64,000 nt of DNA from assembly GCA_964016885.1 (NCBI GenBank), contig OZ024745.1:80972001-81036000 (forward strand), read 5' to 3'. Positions 40,201 through 53,900 of the stretch are shown here, one piece after another. Source of the DNA: Eledone cirrhosa. Lineage: Eukaryota. Within the stretch, counting starts at the first letter, position 1. Every line of letters begins with the position of its first letter. The notes under the pieces were generated by a model. That model ran no database searches. It was not told the origin of the DNA and saw nothing but the letters and a program-made list of their open reading frames with translations. The translations under genes and the position numbers were made by a program.

Positions 40201-43200
40201 TGTAAATCAGGCTTTACTTACCTTAGACATTGTAAATCAGGCTTTACTTACCTTAGTCATTGTAAATCAGGCTCTACTTACCTTAGACATTGTAAATCAA
40301 GCTTTACTTACCTTAGTCATTGTAAATCAAGCTCTACTTACCTTAGTCATTGTAAATCAAGCTTTAGTTACCTTAGTCATTGTAAATCAAGCTTTACTTA
40401 CCTTAGTCATTGTAAATCAAGCTCTACTTACCTTAGCCATTGTAAATCAAGCTTTAGTTACCTTAGACATTGTAAATCAAGATTTACTTACCTTAGTCAT
40501 TGTAAATCAAGCTTTACTTACCTTAGACATTGTAAATCAAGATTTACTTACCTTAGTCATTGTAAATCAAGCTTTACTTACCTTAGACATTGTATATCAG
40601 GCTTTACTTACCTTAGACATTGTAAATCAGGCTTTACTTACCTTAGTCATTGTAAATCAGGCTCTACTTACCTTAGTCATTGTAAATCAAGATTTACTTA
40701 CCTTAGACATTGTAATCAGGCTTTACTTACCTTAGACATTGTAATCAGGCTTTACTTACCTTAGACATTGTAAATCAGGCTTTACTTACCTTAGTCATTG
40801 TAAATCAGGCTTTACGTACCTTAGTCATTGTAAATCAGGCTCTACTTACCTTAGTCATTGTAAATCAAGATTTACTTACCTTAGACATTGTAATCAGGCT
40901 TTACTTACCTTAGACATTGTAATCAGGCTTTACTTACCTTAGACATTGTAATCAGGCTTTACTTACCTTAGACATTGTAAATCAGGCTTTACTTACCTTA
41001 GTCATTGTAAATCAGGCTCTACTTACCTTAGTCATTGTAAATCAAGATTTACTTACCTTAGACATTGTAATCAGGCTTTACTTACCTTAGACATTGTAAT
41101 CAGGCTTTACTTACCTTAGACATTGTAAATCAGGCTTTACTTACCTTAGTCATTGTAAATCAGGCTCTACTTACCTTAGACATTGTAAATCAGGCTTTAC
41201 TTACCTTAGACATTGTAATCAGGCTTTACTTACCTTAGACATTGTAATCAGGCTTTACTTACCTTAGACATTGTAATCAGGCTTTACTTACCTTAGACAT
41301 TGTAAATCAGGCTTTACTTACCTTAGTCATTGTAAATCAAGATTTACTTACCTTAGTCATTGTAAATCAAGCTTTACTTACCTTAGTCATTGTAAATCAA
41401 GATTTACTTACCTTAGTCATTGTAAATCAGGCTTTACTTACCTTAGACATTGTAAATCAGGCTTTACTTACCTTAGACATTGTAAATCAGGCTTTACTTA
41501 CCTTAGTCATTGTAAATCAAGCTCTACTTACCTTAGTCATTGTAAATCAAGCTTTACTTACCTTAGACATTGTAAATCAAGCTTTACTTACCTTAGACAT
41601 TGTAAATCAGGCTTTACTTACCTTAGTCATTGTAAATCAGGCTCTACTTACCTTAGTCATTGTAAATCAAGCTTTACTTACCTTAGTCATTGTAAATCAA
41701 GCTTTACTTACCTTAGTCATTGTAAATCAGGCTTTACTTACCTTAGACATTGTAAATCAGGCTTTACTTACCTTAGTCATTGTAAATCAAGCTTTACTTA
41801 CCTTAGTCATTGTAAATCAGGCTTTACTTACCTTAGTCATTGTAAATCAAGCTTTACTTACCTTAGTCATTGTAAATCAAGCTTTACTTACCTTAGTCAT
41901 TGTAAATCAAGCTTTACTTACCTTAGTCATTGTAAATCAGGCTTTACTTACCTTAGTCATTGTAAATCAGGCTTTACTTACCTTAGTCATTGTAAATCAA
42001 GATTTACTTACCTTAGTCATTGTTAATCAAGCTTTACTTACCTTAGTCATTGTAAATCAGGCTTTACTTACCTTAGTCATTGTAAATCAAGCTCTACTTA
42101 CCTTAGTCATTGTAAATCAAGCTTTACTTACCTTAGTCATTGTAAATCAAGCTTTACTTACCTTAGACATTGTAAATCAGGCTTTACTTACCTTAGTCAT
42201 TGTAAATCAAGATTTACTTACCTTAGTCATTGTAAATCAGGCTCTACTTACCTTAGACATTGTAAATCAGGCTTTACTTACCTTAGACATTGTAAATCAG
42301 GCTTTACTTACCTTAGACATTGTAAATCAGGCTTTACTTACCTTAGACATTGTAAATCAAGCTCTACTTACCTTAGTCATTGTAAATCAAGCTCTACTTA
42401 CCTTAGTCATTGTAAATCAAGATTTACTTACCTTAGTCATTGTAAATCAGGCTTTACTTACCTTAGTCATTGTAAATCAAGATTTACTTACCTTAGACAT
42501 TGTAAATCAGGCTTTACTTACCTTAGACATTGTAAATCAGGCTTTACTTACCTTAGACATTGTAAATCAAGCTTTACTTACCTTAGTCATTGTAAATCAG
42601 GCTCTACTTACTTTAGTCATTGTAAATCAGGCTCTACTTACCTTAGACATTGTAAATCAAGCTCTACTTACCTTAGTCATTGTAAATCCAGCTTTACTTA
42701 CCTTAGTCATTGTAAATCAAGATTTACTTACCTTAGACATTGTAAATCAAGCTTTACTTACCTTAGACATTGTAAATCAAGCTTTACTTACCTTAGTCAT
42801 TGTAAATCAAGCTCTACTTACCTTAGACATTGTAAATCAAGCTCTACTTACCTTAGTCATTGTAAATCAAGCTCTACTTACCTTAGTCATTGTAAATCAA
42901 GCTTTACTTACCTTAGTCATTGTAAATCAGGCTTTACTTACCTTAGTCATTGTAAATCAGGCTTTACTTACCTTAGTTATTGTAAATCAGGCTTTACTTA
43001 CCTTAGTCATTGTAAATCAGGCTTTACTTACCTTAGTCATTGTAAATCAGGCTTTACTTACCTTAGACATTGTAAATCAGGCTTTACTTACCTTAGACAT
43101 TGTAAATCAGGCTTTACTTACCTTAGACATTGTAAATCAGGCTTTACTTACCTTAGTCATTGTAAATCAGGCTTTACTTACCTTAGACATTGTAAATCAG

Positions 43201-46200
43201 GCTTTACTTACCTTAGACATTGTAAATCAGGCTTTACTTACCTTAGTCATTGTAAATCAGGCTTTACTTACCTTAGACATTGTAAATCAGGCTTTACTTA
43301 CCTTAGACATTGTAAATCAGGCTTTACGTACCTTAGTCATTGTAAATCAGGCTTTACTTACCTTAGACATTGTAAATCAGGCTTTACTTACCTTAGACAT
43401 TGTAAATCAGGCTTTACTTACCTTAGTCATTGTAAATCAGGCTTTACTTACCTTAGACATTGTAAATCAGGCTTTACTTACCTTAGACATTGTAAATCAG
43501 GCTTTACTTACCTTAGTCGTTGTAAATCAGGCTTTACGTACCTTAGACATTGTAAATCAAGCTCTACTTACCTTAGTCATTGTAAATCAAGATTTACTTA
43601 CCTTAGACATTGTAAATCAGGCTTTACTTACCTTAGACATTGTAAATCAGGCTTTACGTACCTTAGTCATTGTAAATCAGGCTTTACTTACCTTAGACAT
43701 TGTAAATCAGGCTTTACTTACCTTAGTCATTGTAAATCAGGCTTTACTTACCTTAGTCATTGTAAATCAAGATTTACTTACCTTAGTCATTGTAAATCAG
43801 GCTTTACTTACCTTAGTCATTGTAAATCAGGCTTTACTTACCTTAGACATTGTAATCAGGCTTTACTTACCTTAGTCATTGTAAATCAAGCTTTACTTAC
43901 CTTAGACATTGTAATCAGGCTTTACTTACCTTAGTCATTGTAAATCAAGCTTTACTTACCTTAGACATTGTAAATCAGGCTTTACTTACCTTAGTCATTG
44001 TAAATCAAGATTTACTTACCTTAGACATTGTAATCAGGCTTTACTTACCTTAGACATTGTAATCAGGCTTTACTTACCTTAGACATTGTAAATCAGGCTT
44101 TACTTACCTTAGACATTGTAAATCAGGCTTTACTTACCTTAGTCATTGTAAATCAGGCTCTACTTACCTTAGTCATTGTAAATCAAGATTTACTTACCTT
44201 AGACATTGTAATCAGGCTTTACTTACCTTAGACATTGTAATCAGGCTTTACTTACCTTAGACATTGTAAATCAGGCTTTACTTACCTTAGTCATTGTAAA
44301 TCAGGCTTTACGTACCTTAGTCATTGTAAATCAGGCTCTACTTACCTTAGTCATTGTAAATCAAGATTTACTTACCTTAGACATTGTAATCAGGCTTTAC
44401 TTACCTTAGTCATTGTAAATCAAGATTTACTTACCTTAGACATTGTAAATCAGGCTTTACTTACCTTAGTCATTGTAAATCAGGCTTTACGTACCTTAGA
44501 CATTGTAAATCAGGCTTTACTTACCTTAGTCATTGTAATTCAGGCTTTACGTACCTTAGACATTGTAAATCAGGCTCTACTTACCTTAGTCATTGTAAAT
44601 CAGGCTTTACTTACCTTAGACATTGTAAATCAGGCTTTACTTACCTTAGACATTGTAAATCAGGCTCTACTTACCTTAGACATTGTAAATCAAGCTCTAC
44701 TTACCTTAGTCATTGTAAATCAAGCTTTACTTACCTTAGTCATTGTAAATCAAGCTTTACTTACCTTAGACATTGTAAATCAAGCTTTACTTACCTTAGT
44801 CATTGTAAATCAAGCTTTACTTACCTTAGTCATTGTAAATCAAGCTTTACTTACCTTAGTCATTGTAAATCAAGCTTTACTTACCTTAGTCATTGTAAAT
44901 CAGGCTTTACTTACCTTAGACATTGTAATCAGGCTTTACTTACCTTAGACATTGTAAATCAGGCTTTACTTACCTTAGACATTGTAATCAGGCTTTACTT
45001 ACCTTAGACATTGTAATCAGGCTTTACTTACCTTAGACATTGTAAATCAGGCTTTGCTTACCTTAGTCATTGTAAATCAGACTCTACTTACCTTAGTCAT
45101 TGTAAATCAAGCTTTACTTACCTTAGACATTGTAAATCAGGCTTTACTTACCTTAGACATTGTAAATCAGGCTCTACTTACCTTAGTCATTGTAAATCAG
45201 GCTCTACTTACCTTAGTCATTGTAAATCAAGCTTTACTTACCTTAGACATTGTAAATCAGGCTCTACTTACCTTAGTCATTGTAAATCAGGCTCTACTTA
45301 CCTTAGTCATTGTAAATCAAGCTTTACTTACCTTAGACATTGTAAATCAGGCTCTACTTACCTTAGTCATTGTAAATCAGGCTCTACTTACCTTAGTCAT
45401 TGTAAATCAAGCTTTACTTACCTTAGTCATTGTAAATCAGGCTTTACTTACCTTAGTCATTGTAAATCAGGCTTTACTTACCTTAGACATTGTAAATCAG
45501 GCTTTACTTACCTTAGTCATTGTAAATCAGGCTTTACTTACCTTAGACATTGTAAATCAAGCTCTACTTACCTTAGTCATTGTAAATCAGGCTTTACTTA
45601 CCTTAGTCATTGTAAATCAAGCTTTACTTACCTTAGTCATTGTAAATCAGGCTTTACTTACCTTAGACATTGTAAATCAGGCTTTACTTACCTTAGTCAT
45701 TGTAAATCAGGCTTTACTTACCTTAGACATTGTAAATCAGGCTTTACTTACCTTAGTCATTGTAAATCAGGCTTTACTTACCTTAGTCATTGTAAATCAG
45801 GCTTTACTTACCTTAGACATTGTAAATCAGGCTTTACTTACCTTAGACATTGTAAATCAAGCTTTAGTTACCTTAGTCATTGTAAATCAGGCTTTACTTA
45901 CCTTAGTCATTGTAAATCAGGCTTTACTTACCTTAGTCATTGTAAATCAGGCTTTACTTACCTTAGTCATTGTAAATCAGGCTTTACTTACCTTAGTCAT
46001 TGTAAATCAGGCTTTACTTAACTTAGTCATTGTAAATCAGGCTTTACTTACCTTAGACATTGTAAATCAAGCTTTACTTACCTTAGTCATTGTAAATCAG
46101 GCTTTACTTACCTTAGACATTGTAAATCAGGCTTTACTTACCTTAGTCATTGTAAATTATGCTTTACTTACCTTAGTCATTGTAAATCATGCTTTACTTA

Positions 46201-47900
46201 CCTTAGACATTGTAAATCAGGCTTTACTTACCTTAGTCATTGTAAATCAGGCTTTACTTACCTTAGTCATTGTAAATCAGGCTTTACTTACCTTAGTCAT
46301 TGTAAATCAGGCTTTACTTACCTTAGACATTGTAATCAGGCTTTACTTACCTTAGTCATTGTAAATCAAGCTTTACTTACCTTAGTCATTGTAAATCAAG
46401 CTTTACTTACCTTAGACATTGTAAATCAGGCTTTACTTACCTTAGTCATTGTAAATCAAGATTTACTTACCTTAGACATTGTAATCAGGCTTTACTTACC
46501 TTAGACATTGTAATCAGGCTTTACTTACCTTAGACATTGTAAATCAGGCTTTACTTACCTTAGACATTGTAAATCAGGCTTTACTTACCTTAGTCATTGT
46601 AAATCAGGCTCTACTTACCTTAGTCATTGTAAATCAAGATTTACTTACCTTAGACATTGTAATCAGGCTTTACTTACCTTAGACATTGTAATCAGGCTTT
46701 ACTTACCTTAGACATTGTAAATCAGGCTTTACTTACCTTAGTCATTGTAAATCAGGCTTTACGTACCTTAGTCATTGTAAATCAGGCTCTACTTACCTTA
46801 GTCATTGTAAATCAAGATTTACTTACCTTAGACATTGTAATCAGGCTTTACTTACCTTAGACATTGTAATCAGGCTTTACTTACCTTAGACATTGTAATC
46901 AGGCTTTACTTACCTTAGACATTGTAAATCAGGCTTTACTTACCTTAGTCATTGTAAATCAGGCTCTACTTACCTTAGTCATTGTAAATCAAGATTTACT
47001 TACCTTAGACATTGTAATCAGGCTTTACTTACCTTAGACATTGTAATCAGGCTTTACTTACCTTAGACATTGTAAATCAGGCTTTACTTACCTTAGTCAT
47101 TGTAAATCAGGCTCTACTTACCTTAGACATTGTAAATCAGGCTTTACTTACCTTAGACATTGTAATCAGGCTTTACTTACCTTAGACATTGTAATCAGGC
47201 TTTACTTACCTTAGACATTGTAAATCAGGCTTTACTTACCTTAGACATTGTAAATCAGGCTTTACTTACCTTAGTCATTGTAAATCAGGCTCTACTTACC
47301 TTAGACATTGTAAATCAAGCTTTACTTACCTTAGTCATTGTAAATCAAGCTCTACTTACCTTAGTCATTGTAAATCAAGCTTTAGTTACCTTAGTCATTG
47401 TAAATCAAGCTTTACTTACCTTAGTCATTGTAAATCAAGCTCTACTTACCTTAGCCATTGTAAATCAAGCTTTAGTTACCTTAGACATTGTAAATCAAGA
47501 TTTACTTACCTTAGTCATTGTAAATCAAGCTTTACTTACCTTAGACATTGTAAATCAAGATTTACTTACCTTAGTCATTGTAAATCAAGCTTTACTTACC
47601 TTAGACATTGTATATCAGGCTTTACTTACCTTAGACATTGTAAATCAGGCTTTACTTACCTTAGTCATTGTAAATCAGGCTCTACTTACCTTAGTCATTG
47701 TAAATCAAGATTTACTTACCTTAGACATTGTAATCAGGCTTTACTTACCTTAGACATTGTAATCAGGCTTTACTTACCTTAGACATTGTAAATCAGGCTT
47801 TACTTACCTTAGTCATTGTAAATCAGGCTTTACGTACCTTAGTCATTGTAAATCAGGCTCTACTTACCTTAGACATTGTAATCAGGCTTTACTTACCTTA
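34300..47900. repeat. Higher-order tandem duplication within the satellite, offset ~7.05 kb (limits approximate)
   Basis: Rare variants recur at offset 7048: GTTAATC 34976/42024, AAATCCAG 35641/42689, GTCGTT 36470/43518, CTTTGCTT 38006/45054. After loss of one monomer they recur at offset 7018: AATTATGC 39140/46158, GTATATC 40595/47613. Confidence 0.88.
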
Positions 47901-47999
47901 GACATTGTAATCAGGCTTTACTTACCTTAGACATTGTAAATCAGGCTTTACTTACCTTAGTCATTGTAAATCAGGCTCTACTTACCTTAGACATTGTAA

Positions 48000-50900
48000 A
48001 TCAGGCTTTACTTACCTTAGACATTGTAATCAGGCTTTACTTACCTTAGACATTGTAATCAGGCTTTACTTACCTTAGACATTGTAATCAGGCTTTACTT
48101 ACCTTAGACATTGTAAATCAGGCTTTACTTACCTTAGTCATTGTAAATCAGGCTCTACTTACCTTAGACATTGTAAATCAAGCTTTACTTACCTTAGTCA
48201 TTGTAAATCAAGCTCTACTTACCTTAGTCATTGTAAATCAAGCTTTAGTTACCTTAGTCATTGTAAATCAAGCTTTACTTACCTTAGTCATTGTAAATCA
48301 AGCTCTACTTACCTTAGCCATTGTAAATCAAGCTTTAGTTACCTTAGACATTGTAAATCAAGATTTACTTACCTTAGTCATTGTAAATCAAGCTTTACTT
48401 ACCTTAGACATTGTAAATCAAGATTTACTTACCTTAGTCATTGTAAATCAAGCTTTACTTACCTTAGACATTGTAAATCAAGCTTTACTTACCTTAGACA
48501 TTGTAAATCAAGCTTTACTTACCTTAGTCATTGTAAATCAAGCTCTACTTACCTTAGTCATTGTAAATCAAGCTTTAGTTACCTTAGTCATTGTAAATCA
48601 AGCTTTAGTTACCTTAGTCATTGTAAATCAAGCTTTAGTTACCTTAGACATTGTAAATCAAGATTTACTTACCTTAGTCATTGTAAATCAAGCTCTACTT
48701 ACCTTAGTCATTGTAAATCAAGCTTTAGTTACCTTAGTCATTGTAAATCAAGCTTTAGTTACCTTAGTCATTGTAAATCAAGCTTTACTTACCTTAGACA
48801 TTGTAAATCAAGATTTACTTACCTTAGTCATTGTAAATCAAGCTCTACTTACCTTAGTCATTGTAAATCAAGCTTTAGTTACCTTAGTCATTGTAAATCA
48901 AGCTTTAGTTACCTTAGTCATTGTAAATCAAGCTTTACTTACCTTAGACATTGTAAATCAAGCTTTACTTACCTTAGACATTGTAAATCAAGCTTTACTT
49001 ACCTTAGTCATTGTAAATCAAGCTTTACTTACCTTAGACATTGTAAATCAAGATTTACTTACCTTAGTCATTGTAAATCAAGCTTTACTTACCTTAGTCA
49101 TTGTAAATCAAGCTCTACTTACCTTAGTCATTGTAAATCAAGCTTTACTTACCTTAGTCATTGTAAATCAAGCTTTACTTACCTTAGACATTGTAAATCA
49201 AGATTTACTTACCTTAGTCATTGTAAATCAAGCTCTACTTACCTTAGTCATTGTAAATCAAGCTTTAGTTACCTTAGTCATTGTAAATCAAGCTTTAGTT
49301 ACCTTAGTCATTGTAAATCAAGCTTTAGTTACCTTAGTCATTGTAAATCAAGCTTTAGTTACCTTAGTCATTGTAAATCAAGCTCTACTTACCTTAGACA
49401 TTGTAAATCAAGCTTTACTTACCTTAGACATTGTAAATCAAGCTCTACTTACCTTAGTCATTGTAAATCAAGATTTACTTACCTTAGTCATTGTAAATCA
49501 AGCTCTACTTACCTTAGTCATTGTAAATCAGGCTTTACTTACCTTAGACATTGTAAATCAGGCTTTACTTACCTTAGTCATTGTAAATCAAGCTCTACTT
49601 ACCTTAGTCATTGTAAATCAAGATTTACTTACCTTAGTCATTGTAAATCAAGCTTTACTTACCTTAGTCATTGTAAATCAAGATTTACTTACCTTAGTCA
49701 TTGTAAATCAAGCTCTACTTACCTTAGTCATTGTAAATCAGGCTTTACTTACCTTAGACATTGTAAATCAGGCTTTACTTACCTTAGTCATTGTAAATCA
49801 AGCTCTACTTACCTTAGTCATTGTAAATCAAGATTTACTTACCTTAGTCATTGTAAATCAAGCTTTACTTACCTTAGTCATTGTAAATCAAGATTTACTT
49901 ACCTTAGTCATTGTAAATCAGGCTTTACTTACCTTAGACATTGTAAATCAGGCTTTACTTACCTTAGACATTGTAAATCAGGCTTTACTTACCTTAGTCA
50001 TTGTAAATCAAGCTCTACTTACCTTAGTCATTGTAAATCAAGCTTTACTTACCTTAGACATTGTAAATCAAGCTTTACTTACCTTAGACATTGTAAATCA
50101 GGCTTTACTTACCTTAGTCATTGTAAATCAGGCTCTACTTACCTTAGTCATTGTAAATCAAGCTTTACTTACCTTAGTCATTGTAAATCAAGCTTTACTT
50201 ACCTTAGTCATTGTAAATCAGGCTTTACTTACCTTAGACATTGTAAATCAGGCTTTACTTACCTTAGTCATTGTAAATCAAGCTTTACTTACCTTAGTCA
50301 TTGTAAATCAGGCTTTACTTACCTTAGTCATTGTAAATCAAGCTTTACTTACCTTAGTCATTGTAAATCAAGCTTTACTTACCTTAGTCATTGTAAATCA
50401 AGCTTTACTTACCTTAGTCATTGTAAATCAGGCTTTACTTACCTTAGTCATTGTAAATCAGGCTTTACTTACCTTAGTCATTGTAAATCAAGATTTACTT
50501 ACCTTAGTCATTGTAAATCAGGCTTTACTTACCTTAGTCATTGTAAATCAGGCTTTACTTACCTTAGACATTGTAAATCAGACTTTACTTACCTTAGACA
50601 TTGTAAATCAGGCTTTACTTACCTTAGACATTGTAAATCAGGCTTTACTTACCTTAGTCATTGTAAATCAGGCTTTACTTACCTTAGACATTGTAAATCA
50701 GGCTTTACTTACCTTAGACATTGTAAATCAGGCTTTACTTACCTTAGTCATTGTAAATCAGGCTTTACTTACCTTAGACATTGTAAATCAGGCTTTACTT
50801 ACCTTAGACATTGTAAATCAGGCTTTACGTACCTTAGTCATTGTAAATCAGGCTTTACTTACCTTAGACATTGTAAATCAGGCTTTACTTACCTTAGACA

Positions 50901-53900
50901 TTGTAAATCAGGCTTTACTTACCTTAGTCATTGTAAATCAGGCTTTACTTACCTTAGACATTGTAAATCAGGCTTTACTTACCTTAGACATTGTAAATCA
51001 GGCTTTACTTACCTTAGTCGTTGTAAATCAGGCTTTACGTACCTTAGACATTGTAAATCAAGCTCTACTTACCTTAGTCATTGTAAATCAAGATTTACTT
51101 ACCTTAGACATTGTAAATCAGGCTTTACTTACCTTAGACATTGTAAATCAGGCTTTACGTACCTTAGTCATTGTAAATCAGGCTTTACTTACCTTAGACA
51201 TTGTAAATCAGGCTTTACTTACCTTAGTCATTGTAAATCAGGCTTTACTTACCTTAGTCATTGTAAATCAAGATTTACTTACCTTAGTCATTGTAAATCA
51301 GGCTTTACTTACCTTAGTCATTGTAAATCAGGCTTTACTTACCTTAGACATTGTAATCAGGCTTTACTTACCTTAGTCATTGTAAATCAAGCTTTACTTA
51401 CCTTAGACATTGTAATCAGGCTTTACTTACCTTAGTCATTGTAAATCAAGCTTTACTTACCTTAGACATTGTAAATCAGGCTTTACTTACCTTAGTCATT
51501 GTAAATCAAGATTTACTTACCTTAGACATTGTAATCAGGCTTTACTTACCTTAGACATTGTAATCAGGCTTTACTTACCTTAGACATTGTAAATCAGGCT
51601 TTACTTACCTTAGACATTGTAAATCAGGCTTTACTTACCTTAGTCATTGTAAATCAGGCTCTACTTACCTTAGTCATTGTAAATCAAGATTTACTTACCT
51701 TAGACATTGTAATCAGGCTTTACTTACCTTAGACATTGTAATCAGGCTTTACTTACCTTAGACATTGTAAATCAGGCTTTACTTACCTTAGTCATTGTAA
51801 ATCAGGCTTTACGTACCTTAGTCATTGTAAATCAGGCTCTACTTACCTTAGTCATTGTAAATCAAGATTTACTTACCTTAGACATTGTAATCAGGCTTTA
51901 CTTACCTTAGACATTGTAATCAGGCTTTACTTACCTTAGACATTGTAAATCAGGCTTTACTTACCTTAGTCATTGTAAATCAGGCTCTACTTACCTTAGT
52001 CATTGTAAATCAAGATTTACTTACCTTAGACATTGTAATCAGGCTTTACTTACCTTAGACATTGTAATCAGGCTTTACTTACCTTAGACATTGTAAATCA
52101 GGCTTTACTTACCTTAGTCATTGTAAATCAGGCTCTACTTACCTTAGACATTGTAAATCAGGCTTTACTTACCTTAGACATTGTAATCAGGCTTTACTTA
52201 CCTTAGACATTGTAATCAGGCTTTACTTACCTTAGACATTGTAATCAGGCTTTACTTACCTTAGACATTGTAAATCAGGCTTTACTTACCTTAGTCATTG
52301 TAAATCAGGCTCTACTTACCTTAGTCATTGTAAATCAAGCTTTACTTACCTTAGACATTGTAAATCAGGCTTTACTTACCTTAGTCATTGTAAATCAGGC
52401 TCTACTTACCTTAGTCATTGTAAATCAAGCTTTACTTACCTTAGTCATTGTAAATCAAGATTTACTTACCTTAGACATTGTAATCAGGCTTTACTTACCT
52501 TAGACATTGTAATCAGGCTTTACTTACCTTAGACATTGTAAATCAGGCTCTACTTACCTTAGTCATTGTAAATCAGGCTCTACTTACCTTAGTCATTGTA
52601 AATCAGGCTCTACTTACCTTAGTCATTGTAAATCAGGCTTTACTTACCTTAGACATTGTAAATCAGGCTCTACTTACCTTAGTCATTGTAAATCAGGCTC
52701 TACTTACCTTAGTCATTGTAAATCAGGCTTTACTTACCTTAGTCATTGTAAATCAGGCTTTACTTACCTTAGACATTGTAAATCAGGCTTTACTTACCTT
52801 AGTCATTGTAAATCAGGCTTTACGTACCTTAGACATTGTAAATCAGGCTTTACTTACCTTAGTCATTGTAATTCAGGCTTTACGTACCTTAGACATTGTA
52901 AATCAGGCTCTACTTACCTTAGTCATTGTAAATCAGGCTTTACTTACCTTAGACATTGTAAATCAGGCTTTACTTACCTTAGTCATTGTAAATCAGGCTT
53001 TACTTACCTTAGACATTGTAAATCAGGCTCTACTTACCTTAGACATTGTAAATCAAGCTCTACTTACCTTAGTCATTGTAAATCAAGCTTTACTTACCTT
53101 AGTCATTGTAAATCAAGCTTTACTTACCTTAGACATTGTAAATCAAGCTTTACTTACCTTAGTCATTGTAAATCAAGCTTTACTTACCTTAGTCATTGTA
53201 AATCAAGCTTTACTTACCTTAGTCATTGTAAATCAGGCTTTACTTACCTTAGACATTGTAATCAGGCTTTACTTACCTTAGACATTGTAAATCAGGCTTT
53301 ACTTACCTTAGACATTGTAATCAGGCTTTACTTACCTTAGACATTGTAATCAGGCTTTACTTACCTTAGACATTGTAAATCAGGCTTTGCTTACCTTAGT
53401 CATTGTAAATCAGGCTCTACTTACCTTAGTCATTGTAAATCAAGCTTTACTTACCTTAGACATTGTAAATCAGGCTTTACTTACCTTAGACATTGTAAAT
53501 CAGGCTCTACTTACCTTAGTCATTGTAAATCAGGCTCTACTTACCTTAGTCATTGTAAATCAAGCTTTACTTACCTTAGACATTGTAAATCAGGCTCTAC
53601 TTACCTTAGTCATTGTAAATCAGGCTCTACTTACCTTAGTCATTGTAAATCAAGCTTTACTTACCTTAGACATTGTAAATCAGGCTCTACTTACCTTAGT
53701 TATTGTAAATCAGGCTCTACTTACCTTAGTCATTGTAAATCAAGCTTTACTTACCTTAGTCATTGTAAATCAGGCTTTACTTACCTTAGTCATTGTAAAT
53801 CAGGCTTTACTTACCTTAGACATTGTAAATCAGGCTTTACTTACCTTAGTCATTGTAAATCAGGCTTTACTTACCTTAGACATTGTAAATCAAGCTCTAC